From IMG/VR virus record IMGVR_UViG_3300044253_000005, positions 4,568 to 68,567 of that record: a stretch of DNA of 64,000 bases; one strand, 5' to 3'. Below are positions 18,555 through 27,609 of the stretch, piece by piece (the stretch's first letter is position 1; the number at the start of each line of letters is the position of its first letter). Below the pieces are notes generated by a model that was not told the DNA's origin, did not search any database, and saw nothing but the letters and a program-made list of their open reading frames with translations. A program made the position numbers and the translations under genes. Origin of the DNA: a virus. Its lineage: Duplodnaviria; Caudoviricetes.

Positions 18555-18888
18555 TCACCTGCTCCAAGCGCTCTACGAGGTCGAGGCCACGCACGCGCTC
18601 GCCCACTTCGTCGACGTTGACGAGGACGAGGCGCTGCGCATCAACCTGGCCGACAATCGCATCCCGGAACTGGGAGGCTACGACCATCAGCAGCTCGCCA
18701 ATCTGCTCGGGTCGCTGGACGGCGATTTCGAGGGCACCGGCTACGACCAGGAGGCGCTAGATAAGGTGCTCACGCGGATTGCGTCGGACGAGTCCCAGCA
18801 GCTCGACCCGCCTGTCGAGCGCAGCCTTGAGTGTCCATCGTGCGGCCACGTCGCGCCGGCCAAAAAGTTCGGCGCACCGGAGGACTAG
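18457..18888 (+). pseudogene. N-terminally truncated ParB/Srx-like domain protein
   Basis: NGDVEAIAESIRAHGQYRAMVVN..VLAGNHLLQA..ADNR..ELGGYD; lacks the usual LxPxPxNPR N-terminus and a credible start codon. Confidence 0.65.
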
Positions 18889-19130
18889 CCCTCGGCCTTC
18901 GGCCGCGTCTTGCGCAGCGCCGTCTGCACCGTCACGCGATGCACACCGGCAAGCCGGGCGACGCGCTCGCGCGAGCCGTACATGCCCCAGAGCTTCTCGG
19001 CGCGCCGCGCTAGGCGAGCGAGCTCGCGCTGGAGCTGCGCCGCCTCTCTGGCCTGTTTCTTCTCGACCCTCTCGTGCGCGCGGCGCTTCTTTGCGTGCGC
19101 ACGGATCTGCGCTTCGAGCGGCTCTGTCAT
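18885..19130 (-). CDS. Small HTH DNA-binding protein
   Basis: SRERVARLAGVHRVTVQTALRK. Confidence 0.6.
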   Translation of the reverse strand: MTEPLEAQIRAHAKKRRAHERVEKKQAREAAQLQRELARLARRAEKLWGMYGSRERVARLAGVHRVTVQTALRKTRPKAEG

Positions 19131-19420
19131 GCGGGCCCTTTCGTGATCTCCACCGTAAACGCGGTCAGTGGGCGGTTGGGCTTGCCATCGCCTCGGACGG
19201 GCTGCTTGCTGTCGACGGCTTTCCAGGCTTCGGCGGCCGCGACCCCGTCCTCGAACTGGAGCGCCTTCTCGATGTCGGGCGTCGTGACCAGGTGGCAGAG
19301 CATCGGGAAGCCTTCGGGGGAGACGCCGGCGCGCGAGGGGTCGTACTCGGCCACGTACTGGCCGTCGAAGGGCGTCGTGCCCCCGGCGACCAGCGATTCG
19401 ATCCTGATGACCGCACTCAT
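19127..19420 (-). CDS. Hypothetical protein
   Basis: ATGA overlap with the HD gene; GC3-rich. Confidence 0.5.
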   Translation of the reverse strand: MSAVIRIESLVAGGTTPFDGQYVAEYDPSRAGVSPEGFPMLCHLVTTPDIEKALQFEDGVAAAEAWKAVDSKQPVRGDGKPNRPLTAFTVEITKGPA

Positions 19421-19890
19421 GCGTGCGTCAACGCCTCGCTGAGGATCTGCTTGGCGCGAGCGTAGCGCCCGCCCGGCTCGCGCATCGGCAGCGACTCCGG
19501 CGGGCACTCTCGCGTCATGTTGTCGTCGAGGTCGAGCAGCTTGATCGCGCGCGCCATCGCGCCGGCTTCGCCGGTCGCCACGGCCATGCGCTGGACGTAG
19601 GCCTCGTAGGTCAGCCCGGCCTGCCGCGTGAGCAGGTAGAGCGCCGAGGCCTGGTCGTCGTCCATCCCTTCCCGGCGCAGGAACTCGGCGGTCGCCAGGC
19701 CGTCCTCGACGGCGTCGTGCATCCACGCGATCGCGCGCCAGCGGTCGAACAGGTCGCCGTCGGGAAGTTCCTCGGCGACGCGCCGCACGTGGTCGAACTC
19801 CAGCGCTCCAACCTTGTCGCGCCGGCCGGCGTAGAGACGAACGGCGAGCGCCTGCGCGCGCGCCTCGGTCAGTCCTGCTGCTGCATTCAT
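19417..19890 (-). CDS. HD-domain hydrolase (SpoT/Mesh1 HD_4-like)
   Basis: GRRDKVG...HVRRVA...AWMHDAVED...LLTR...YEAYV...IKLLDLDDN. Confidence 0.75.
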   Translation of the reverse strand: MNAAAGLTEARAQALAVRLYAGRRDKVGALEFDHVRRVAEELPDGDLFDRWRAIAWMHDAVEDGLATAEFLRREGMDDDQASALYLLTRQAGLTYEAYVQRMAVATGEAGAMARAIKLLDLDDNMTRECPPESLPMREPGGRYARAKQILSEALTHA

Positions 19891-20746
19891 GCGATCACCG
19901 CTTTCAGTCGCTGCTTACAGGCGTCCAGGAAGGCCGCCTCCACACCTTCAGTCCAGGCCTTCGCCAGATCCTCGACGAGCTCCGGCGCCGCGCCCTCGCC
20001 GGCGACGTTCACCGCGAGGATCTCCGGCGAGGCCGGATAGAAGTTGCCCTCCAGTGTCGGCCGCGCCGGCAACGCCGCCGCGCGTTCGGACTCCGTCGCG
20101 CTCTTGCGCGCGAGCGTGCGCAGCGCGATCTTCGCCTTGACCGGGTCCGTGGTCGTCCACGAGGCCTGCGCGCGCGCCATCGCTTCGCCGCGCATCTTCG
20201 CCTCCGTGCGCCACGCTTTGAGCTGCTTTGCAGGCGTTTTACGTGAAACGGTCATCGCCTCGCACGAGTCGCTGTGCGCAGGTGCGTGCGCGCCGCCGCT
20301 TGCCGCTGCGCGTCGTGGCTCTGCTCGTCACGAATCGTCGCGTCGAACTGCTCGACGCCCGCCACGCCCGCCTGCCTGTCACGTTGGGCGACCGCCGTGT
20401 CGGCGGCGACCTCGATCTCTCGCAGCACGCGAGCCATCTTGCCCGCGTCGCCGCTGTTGAGTGCGCGCGCGACCTCCGCGCGGAACGCGGGACTGAGAGC
20501 TATCTGGACGGTCATCCCTTCTCCTTCGGTGGTGGTTTGCACGCGAGCTTGAAGCACGTACGGTCGAAGCGGCCGGCGCTGTCGGCATAGAGCGCGTTGC
20601 CCACACGCTCGGCCAGGCGGTTGAGCGCCGGTCGATCGCGCGGGTTGGCTTCGATGCCCGCGCGAATCGCCGAGGCGAGGATGTCTCGGTCCTTCGTCGT
20701 CATGTGGTGTCGGGTCTCCTTCGCGGTCGCTTGTGGTGGTGCCTAC

Positions 20747-20774
20747 ATAGTAGCGCGGCGCTACGGTTTTGCAA
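20747..20774 (-). promoter_or_regulatory. Sigma70-type promoter TTGCAA-N16-TACTAT overlapped by a GTAGCG-N3-CGCTAC palindrome
   Basis: Hexamers read directly; precedes an SD and a run of small genes. Confidence 0.55.
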
Positions 20775-21520
20775 GTCGGCGCTCATGCCCTTCCCGCTGG
20801 CGGCGCATCCTCTCGCCGTGCGGCCACCAGAGCGTGTAAGCCGGTCGCGTGCCGCTCGGTTCCTGGCGCTGCTCGATCCGCGTGATCCCCGTGATCGGAG
20901 CGAGCACGCGCCCGTCGACGGTGAACTGCCGGAAGCCGGTGCGCGAGGTCCGGCCGAGCCTGCCGAGTCTCTGCTTGCCCTCGATCGTCACGCGCACGCG
21001 GAACCCGACCAGGTGGTCTAGCTCGTGTTCGATTTCGATCTGGCTCGGCGTCAAGCTCATGCGCCCAGCTCCATCGGGCCGCCGCCGAGATCCGGGCCAA
21101 CGTCGGCCTCATCGCGGGCAACCTGCTGTTCGCGCACGCGCTCGTGCATCCGCGCGCGCTGGCGCTGCTGTTTGGCCTCCTGATCTGGGTGACTCTCGCC
21201 CCGATTCCAACAGGCCCGGTACTCGCTGCGCGGCTGCTTGCGCCAGCCGCCGACGGCGAGCCCGTAACACAGCAGCATGACCTCGCGGTTGGTTAGCGCC
21301 AGCTCGTGGGGCACCACGTCCAGCGCGCGTGGTCCCAGCACGCCGGTGAAGGCGCGGATATCGGCGACCCAGCCTGCAATCTCGGTGCTGATCTCACCGT
21401 CGAAGGCGAGTCGCACGAGCCACTTCGCGCCTCGCTGGCTGATGCGCTCCCAGCTCTCGACATCGCCGAAGTTGCTCGCCCAGGTCAGCATGTGCCGGAC
21501 CTGATCGTCGGTGGCCCGCT

Positions 21521-22069
21521 TCATGGCAGCACCGAGTAGTCGCGCAGCTCGCCGTCGACCATGATCGGCGGCGGGCGATCGCGCGGCGTCCAGATCCCGT
21601 AGACGCAGCGCGAGCCATCGCGCGACGGGTCGTAGGTGTCGCGGATCACGCCGTCGATCACGGCGACCAGGTGACGCGAGCACGAGGCGATCAGCCTCGG
21701 CGCCGGGAGCTCCTCACGGCGCAGGTGAACGCGACAGCCGGTGCCGAAGCCCATCGTCGGCGTCCAGTACCAGCCGTGATCGAGCAGGTATTCGCGGCTG
21801 ACCACCTTGCTGACGCCGTGGCGAGGGCTGGCCGTCTTGCGCTTGCGCCCGCTCGGTTTGCGCGGGAGGGGCGCCGCGCGGGCGCGCTCGAACAGCTCGT
21901 CGTAGACCTCGCGGTACGGGCGGCCGGTGGCGATGGCGATCGCGCGCGTGGCGCAGTCGCCGGCGTGACCCCTGAAGCCGGCCGCCACGCGGCCGCCGTC
22001 GTCGTACTCCCAGACGACCTGCCCGTCGCGCTCGATCAGCCTCGGCCGCACGCCGGCGATCGGGCTCAT
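21521..22069 (-). CDS. Hypothetical protein, possible papain-fold hydrolase
   Basis: GDCATRAIAIATGRPYREVY ... RHLVAVIDGVIRDTYD gives a Cys-His-Asp arrangement. Confidence 0.5.
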   Translation of the reverse strand: MSPIAGVRPRLIERDGQVVWEYDDGGRVAAGFRGHAGDCATRAIAIATGRPYREVYDELFERARAAPLPRKPSGRKRKTASPRHGVSKVVSREYLLDHGWYWTPTMGFGTGCRVHLRREELPAPRLIASCSRHLVAVIDGVIRDTYDPSRDGSRCVYGIWTPRDRPPPIMVDGELRDYSVLP

Positions 22070-23052
22070 GCCTCCCTCGCTTTCTCGATGCCTTCGGCGA
22101 TCCGGTCTTCGTCGGCCTGCTCCAGCTCGACCTGCTCGTTGTAGAGCCGCGTGTCGATCTGCTCCTCGATCGCCGCGTCGACGGTGCTCGCGAGCTGGTC
22201 GGGCGGCATCGCCTCAAGCTGGCAGGTCTGCCCGACCCAGTTCACCGAGCGCGTGTCCGAGCGCTTCGGCGGCGCCGTCGGCAGGTCGTTTTCGTGGACC
22301 TGCTCCTCGGTCAGCGCCACGCGCACGGGGATCAGTTCGCGCTTGGCGTGGCCTTCGACGATGCGCATCACTTCGTCCTCGTCGAGACCCATGTGCGAGC
22401 CGAGCGCGATCGCGTTGGTCGGATCGTCGCGCGTCGTCGCCACGTTGACGATCTGGCGCACGAACATCCGGGCGTCGCCAGCCTGGCTGTCGAAGATCGA
22501 CTCGCCCGACGGGTCGTAGTCGCCGCAGTGCATGAACACCGTCGGCACGTCGCGCTGGAGCGCGCGGCGCGCGATCTCGTGCGTGACCGTCACGCTGGAG
22601 AAGCCGCCGGTGGAGTAAACCGGAACCGAGAACGGGTAGGCCACGCGCTGGAGCTGGGGCACCATGCCGCCGGCCTCGCACCACAGCTCGATCGCCAGGT
22701 CCTGCGTCGACATACGATCGCGCGAGTAGTGCTTGCTGCGCTCCTCGATGTAGTCCCAGAAGCCGGCTACGTCCGGGTAGGTCTGCGGGGCGCCGCCGGC
22801 CGTGCCGTCGTCGCGGATCGAGGCGAACGGGATCATCCCAGCGCGGCGTGCGCGCACGAGCGTCTCGCACAGCCGCGCGTAGGCCTGCTCGGTCTTGTCG
22901 TAGCCGTGCTCACCGACCAGCCGGTAGAAGATCTGGCGCGCGGTGACGGGCAGATAGTCCTCGTATTCGTCGAGTACGGTCTTGATCTGACCGACGAAGT
23001 CGATCGTCGCTGGCTTGGGGTTCCAGGTTGCGAAGCCGCGAGGTCTAGCCAT
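22066..23052 (-). CDS. Topoisomerase VI-A-like/DUF2399 Toprim domain protein
   Basis: TARQIFYRLV winged helix; ELWCEAGG, GGFSS, CGDYDPSG, VALTEEQV, QLEAM. Confidence 0.75.
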   Translation of the reverse strand: MARPRGFATWNPKPATIDFVGQIKTVLDEYEDYLPVTARQIFYRLVGEHGYDKTEQAYARLCETLVRARRAGMIPFASIRDDGTAGGAPQTYPDVAGFWDYIEERSKHYSRDRMSTQDLAIELWCEAGGMVPQLQRVAYPFSVPVYSTGGFSSVTVTHEIARRALQRDVPTVFMHCGDYDPSGESIFDSQAGDARMFVRQIVNVATTRDDPTNAIALGSHMGLDEDEVMRIVEGHAKRELIPVRVALTEEQVHENDLPTAPPKRSDTRSVNWVGQTCQLEAMPPDQLASTVDAAIEEQIDTRLYNEQVELEQADEDRIAEGIEKAREA

Positions 23053-23235
23053 CGGAGCGCCTCCTTTTCGTCACTCGCAACTCTGTCTCGACGTTGAAGA
23101 CGCCGTAGCGAGCATCCTCGTAGGCGAGTTCGATTCTCGTCTCGCTTCGGAACGGGACGCCCGTGACCTTGCGCGGCCCTCGCGCCAGCTCGACAACATC
23201 GCCTTCGCGCACGTCACCGGCGCGCACGAGACTCA

Positions 23236-23640
23236 TCAGCGATCACCTACCTGCGCGGCGAGCCACGCCGCGTCCTCGGCGGCGACCTCGCTCTGACGCT
23301 CAGCCGCCTGCGCGAGCGTCGCGTAGCCGCTGCCGTGCTCGGCGAGCCGCGCGCGATGCGCAGCGGCAGCTTTGAGCCGGTGGTGCTCGCGCACCGTGAG
23401 AAGGCGCCCACCCTGGTCGGTGAAGCGACCGAGGCGCCGTGCGCTCTCGACCGAGCCGCGCACAACGTCCAGCGGCAGCGGGAACAGGTGCGAGCGGTTG
23501 GTGCGCGAGCGCATGAGCTGGTAGGCCCCGCCGCGCTTGCCGCGCAAGACGTAGGGCAGAGCCTCGCGGACCTTCTCGTCGCCGTCGACGCGGCGCTCGA
23601 CGGTGTACTCGACGCCGTTTTCTGCTGTGATCGTGCTCAT
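23236..23640 (-). CDS. Hypothetical protein
   Basis: SD AAGGAG and promoter upstream. Confidence 0.5.
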   Translation of the reverse strand: MSTITAENGVEYTVERRVDGDEKVREALPYVLRGKRGGAYQLMRSRTNRSHLFPLPLDVVRGSVESARRLGRFTDQGGRLLTVREHHRLKAAAAHRARLAEHGSGYATLAQAAERQSEVAAEDAAWLAAQVGDR

Positions 23641-23674
23641 GTGGTGGTGTGCTCCTTCGGTGTGGTGTTCCCAC

Positions 23675-23695
23675 ATCGTAGCACAGGGCTACGAT
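23675..23695 (-). promoter_or_regulatory. Promoter -10 TACGAT inside a perfect inverted repeat ATCGTAGC-N5-GCTACGAT
   Basis: 8-bp perfect IR read directly; upstream of the 23640 gene. Confidence 0.6.
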
Positions 23696-25218
23696 TGACA
23701 GACCTCGCGTAGGATCGCGAGGGCGAGCAGCGGCGGGATGGCGTTGCCGATCTGCTCGAACACCTTGCTTCGTGTGCCCTGCCAGGGGTAGTTCGGCGGG
23801 AACGACTGGAGCACCGCCGCCTCCTCGACGGACACGCGCACGGCGTTCGCCTGCTGGGAGCCCGATACGTCGCTGTCGTGGTGGCCGGGCTCGCTGATTC
23901 GAGGGTCGCCGTTGACCGTTGTCGAAGGACGCGAGTCATCTGGCACCCAGCGCGCGGGTACCTGCGCGGCCGATGCCGTGACCGTAGGTGCGGGCTCGCT
24001 CGCGGCGCGTGGTCGGTTGCCGCCACGCTCTGAGCCGCCAACGTCAAGGTTCCACGAGTCGTTCCTGCTCTCGACGGCGATCGTCGGCGCAGGCTCGTCT
24101 ACGGAGCGCTGCCGGTTGGCCTTCCCGGTGTGCCCGTCTTTTTGATCCCGGCTGTTGTAGCTCGTCCAGGACACGTCGTTCAGCCGCGCGCCGAACCGCA
24201 GCGTCGGCGCGGGCTCGTCTGACGCACGACTGGCCTCGTGCTCGCCGGTGCCCGCGCGCAGCCATCGGCGCTCGCCGTGATCGTGACCGCCGGTGATCGT
24301 AGGCGCGGGCTCATCCACGCTGCGCTCTGTCGCGTTGCCCTGCGCGTTTGCTCGGAAGCGCGTCCATGAGCGAGCCTTCTCCGTGAGCGCGAAAGCGGGC
24401 TCGGTCGCTGGCCGTAGGTCGCGCTCTCGATACTCGCCCTCGCCGCCCTCCACGTCGTTGAGGCGCGGGAAGCCGCTCTCGTCCAGCGGCGCCCAGCCGA
24501 GAGCATCGGCCATGCTCACCCACGGCAGCAGTCCCTCCTCGCCGCTGTAGACGATGCGCTTCGGCTCTGGCGCGTCGAACAGCGACTCCTCCTGTGCCTC
24601 TTTCCGCCGCGGCGCGACGTAGCGCTGATGCGTCGGCGGTGGCCGTCGAGCCTCCTTCCCGTCACGCCGAGCGAGCAGGATCGCGCGTTTGCGGGTCTGC
24701 GGGACCCCGTACTGCTCGCTGCTCAGCACGCCGGTCCAGGTCGAATAGCCCGCGCGCCTGAAGCCCTTAGCCATCGCTTCCCACAGCGGCAGCACCGGCT
24801 CGACCTGCTCGAGCGCGATCCACGTCGGGTGCAGCGCCAGTGCCCATCGCAGCGGCTCTAGGACCAGATGCCCGCGCTCGTCCTCGCAAGCCTCGTCAAG
24901 CTCCTCGCGCGATGGCGGCTTGCCTTCCAGCCACCGTTCGATCGCCTCCTCATACGCCGCCAAGGCACGGCGACCATGCCCCCCCCCAGCCATCGAAAAC
25001 GCCTGGCACGGCGGCGAAGCGATCAGCCCCCACACGGGCGCGAACTCCTGCGGGTCGAGCGATGACACATCGGCCTGGATGGTGCGCAGCCCGGCAACAT
25101 TGCGCGTCGCACAAGCAGCGTCGTCGAACTCGATGCCCAGTGGTTCGAGTCGGAACTCGGCGGCAGCGATATCCCAACCGCCGGGCCCGGCAAATAGATC
25201 CACGACCGCGCGCGTCAC
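23689..25218 (-). CDS. DNA (cytosine-5) methyltransferase
   Basis: VDLFAGPGG (motif I), SPPCQAFS (IV), LEQV (variant VI), GVPQTRKR (VIII), QIGNAIPP (X); GTG start overlaps the upstream TGA. Confidence 0.92.
   Translation of the reverse strand: MTRAVVDLFAGPGGWDIAAAEFRLEPLGIEFDDAACATRNVAGLRTIQADVSSLDPQEFAPVWGLIASPPCQAFSMAGGGHGRRALAAYEEAIERWLEGKPPSREELDEACEDERGHLVLEPLRWALALHPTWIALEQVEPVLPLWEAMAKGFRRAGYSTWTGVLSSEQYGVPQTRKRAILLARRDGKEARRPPPTHQRYVAPRRKEAQEESLFDAPEPKRIVYSGEEGLLPWVSMADALGWAPLDESGFPRLNDVEGGEGEYRERDLRPATEPAFALTEKARSWTRFRANAQGNATERSVDEPAPTITGGHDHGERRWLRAGTGEHEASRASDEPAPTLRFGARLNDVSWTSYNSRDQKDGHTGKANRQRSVDEPAPTIAVESRNDSWNLDVGGSERGGNRPRAASEPAPTVTASAAQVPARWVPDDSRPSTTVNGDPRISEPGHHDSDVSGSQQANAVRVSVEEAAVLQSFPPNYPWQGTRSKVFEQIGNAIPPLLALAILREVCQS
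24979..24987 (-). repeat. G9 homopolymer inside the methyltransferase (currently in frame)
   Basis: GCT GGG GGG GGG CAT just after the PCQ motif. Confidence 0.8.
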
Positions 25219-25631
25219 GGGGCGTAGTCTCGTTGGAGCACGTGGGCGAGCCCCAGCTCGCGAGCGAACTGGAAGACCTTGGGCGCCTTGCGGCGCAGCA
25301 GGGCGAGCGGGATGCGCCGACTCGCTTTGTGGTGGCGCTCGTGACACTCGCCGCAGACGGCCAGCCGGTTGCGCACGTCCCAGCGCACGCGCTCGAAGTC
25401 AAAGCCGCGCGAGAGCGCCTCTTTGCGCAGGGTCTGGACCCGGATGATGTGGTGGCCGGCCTCCGCACGCCGGCGTCCGCAGACCGCGCACAGGTGGCCC
25501 TCGACGCCGGCGTGCCAGCCCTCGGACTTGATCCGGTCGGAGACTGCCAGCGGGCGCTTCTGCGAGCGGCGCTTGGGCAGTGCTCGGCGCTCCAGCGCGC
25601 CGCTACGCTTGAGCGGCTCGCCGCGCTTCAC
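25215..25631 (-). CDS. HNH endonuclease-like protein
   Basis: CAVCG...HHI...NRLAVCGECHERHH; basic MKRGEPLKR N-terminus. Confidence 0.8.
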   Translation of the reverse strand: MKRGEPLKRSGALERRALPKRRSQKRPLAVSDRIKSEGWHAGVEGHLCAVCGRRRAEAGHHIIRVQTLRKEALSRGFDFERVRWDVRNRLAVCGECHERHHKASRRIPLALLRRKAPKVFQFARELGLAHVLQRDYAP

Positions 25632-26242
25632 TCGGTCGTCTTGATCCTCTCGACCTTCGCTCGCCGAGCGCCCACGTCTTTGATGATCTTCACGCCGTCG
25701 AGGACCTCGACCGTTCCCGACACCTTGCGCAAGTCCGTGACGCCCCGCTTCATCACCTTGGCGCTCGGCTCGCAGGAGACGAGCTCAACCTGCACGCCGC
25801 CGAGGGTGATCGTGGGCGCCTCCTTCAGGAGCGTCGCGAGCTCGATGTGCTGCGCGGACCAGGGCACGTCCAGCACGACGGTGACGCGCCGCTGGAGAGC
25901 CTTGGCTGCGGCCGCGGAGCTGATCGCGCCGGCGTCGACGAGCTCGCGCAGCGCCGTCTCCAATGCGTCGGGCGGGTACTCCTCGGTGCCCGCGGTCGGC
26001 GACTGTGCCGAGACCGTCATCCCGGCGCCGTGCCACGTCCAGGTGGCGTCGCGGTCCATGCGCGAGACGAGCTCCTCGCTAAGCGCCTTTTCGATATCGC
26101 CCAGTTTCGAGCGAACCTCGCCGGCGCCGAGCAGCATGTCGGCGAGCTGCTCGGTGGGCGCGCGCAGGATGTCGACCGCCTCGCCGGTACGCGGGTCGGG
26201 GAGGTTGCGCTCCTCGGTTGGGGAAGTGATGTCAGCACTCAT
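25628..26242 (-). CDS. Hypothetical recombination-module protein
   Basis: 204-aa ORF directly downstream of the SSAP. Confidence 0.5.
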   Translation of the reverse strand: MSADITSPTEERNLPDPRTGEAVDILRAPTEQLADMLLGAGEVRSKLGDIEKALSEELVSRMDRDATWTWHGAGMTVSAQSPTAGTEEYPPDALETALRELVDAGAISSAAAAKALQRRVTVVLDVPWSAQHIELATLLKEAPTITLGGVQVELVSCEPSAKVMKRGVTDLRKVSGTVEVLDGVKIIKDVGARRAKVERIKTTE

Positions 26243-26259
26243 GTGAAGTCGCCCTCCGT

Positions 26260-27375
26260 CTACGCCTCGTCGGCGATCCGTTCGGCCGCCTCGCGCTCGC
26301 GTTTATCCTCCTCGGTCTCGCCGGCGGGGTCGCCGACCCCCGGCTCGGCCGTCGGCGTGGCGTGCGCTGGCGCCTGCTGCGCTGGCGCCGCGCCGTCTGA
26401 CGCACCCGGCGGCCGCCGATTCTTCGCTGCCCGTGCGACGCGCACGACGGCGCCGAGCGCGACCGCAGGCAGGTATTTCGCGAAGCCCGCCTCGTTGGCG
26501 GCCTTCTCGGTGATCTTCGCGATCTCGTCGAGCGCGAACTGCACGGGCTCGTCGCCCGGCTTGACGCTCCCACCGACCGGGTCCAGCAGGTAGGCGATCG
26601 CCTGGCGCGATGTCGCGAGCTGCGGGTCCGGCGCCGCCATTCCGAAGGGCAGCACTTTCGCCGCCGGCGGCACCGGCATCTCCTCGGCCGGCGTCGGGTT
26701 GTAGCCCGCGATCGCCACCACCCAGCCGAGCGAGGCGCGGTAGGCACGCGAGGCCGCGCGCGTCGAGGCCATCGACTTCAGCGCCGGGTCGGGCTTCTTC
26801 GCCCAGGAGGATTCGGTGCGCGAGACCATGCCCTCCTCGCGGCCGACGACGACGCCCGCCGCCGTCTTGACCTCGACCTCGGCCTCCCAGTCGTAGCCTT
26901 CCACGTCGTAGTCGAGCTCCGTCGTCTCGACCACCTGGCGCTGACCCTTCGGACCGCCCCACTTCTTTTTGATCTCGTGGACGTGGTAGACGGTCTTCTC
27001 CGGGAGCGGGCGGCTGTAGACAACCTCGGCGTGCAGGGCCTCGCCGCCGAGCGCGCCGAGCAGCACGCCGAGCGCCTGCCATGCGCCGATTTCCAGGTGC
27101 GGCTTGCGCCCGCCCACGTCGACGGCAAAGCCCTGCGCCTCGACCAGGTGCTTCATCGCGTTGGCGATCTGCGTCGCCTTCTCGATGACCTCGCCCGGCG
27201 TCTCGCCTTGGATGATCCTCGCGCTGGTCAGCGCGGCCTGGGACTCACGGACGACCAGCTCGGCGCCGGCGTCCTCCGCGGGCTCGTCGACCACGTCGGC
27301 GTCGACGACCTCCTCGGGCTCCTCAGCGCGCGGCTGCTCTCCTGCGGTTGGGGCGTCTGCTGCTGGTGGTGTCAC
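26260..27375 (-). CDS. Probable single-strand annealing protein (Rad52/Redbeta superfamily-like)
   Basis: GRKPHLEIGAWQALG...E..W....ALKSMASTRAASRAYR..LGWVVAIAGYNPTPAEEM; SD AAGGAG before the GTG at 27375. Confidence 0.55.
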   Translation of the reverse strand: MTPPAADAPTAGEQPRAEEPEEVVDADVVDEPAEDAGAELVVRESQAALTSARIIQGETPGEVIEKATQIANAMKHLVEAQGFAVDVGGRKPHLEIGAWQALGVLLGALGGEALHAEVVYSRPLPEKTVYHVHEIKKKWGGPKGQRQVVETTELDYDVEGYDWEAEVEVKTAAGVVVGREEGMVSRTESSWAKKPDPALKSMASTRAASRAYRASLGWVVAIAGYNPTPAEEMPVPPAAKVLPFGMAAPDPQLATSRQAIAYLLDPVGGSVKPGDEPVQFALDEIAKITEKAANEAGFAKYLPAVALGAVVRVARAAKNRRPPGASDGAAPAQQAPAHATPTAEPGVGDPAGETEEDKREREAAERIADEA

Positions 27376-27562
27376 GGGTGGCTCCTTCGGGTGGCTGTGG
27401 ATCGTCGAGCTCACGTGCCAGCGCGCGCTCGACGAATGCTCGTTGCGTGGCCTGCTCTCCTTCGGATGCGACCTGCTGATCCATGCGTCGGAACAGCTCG
27501 GGCCGCACACGCACCGCCAGCTTAACCGGCGTGTCGTGGACCCGTGGTCGCCCTCGCTTCAT
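27323..27562 (-). CDS. Ribbon-helix-helix DNA-binding protein
   Basis: GRPR..VKLAVRVRPELFRRMD.....QRAFVERALAREL. Confidence 0.65.
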   Translation of the reverse strand: MKRGRPRVHDTPVKLAVRVRPELFRRMDQQVASEGEQATQRAFVERALARELDDPQPPEGATRDTTSSRRPNRRRAAAR

Positions 27563-27609
27563 CCTGGCTGGTTTTATATCGGGCGCCGGTCGGACACGTG
27601 CCGAGCCGC

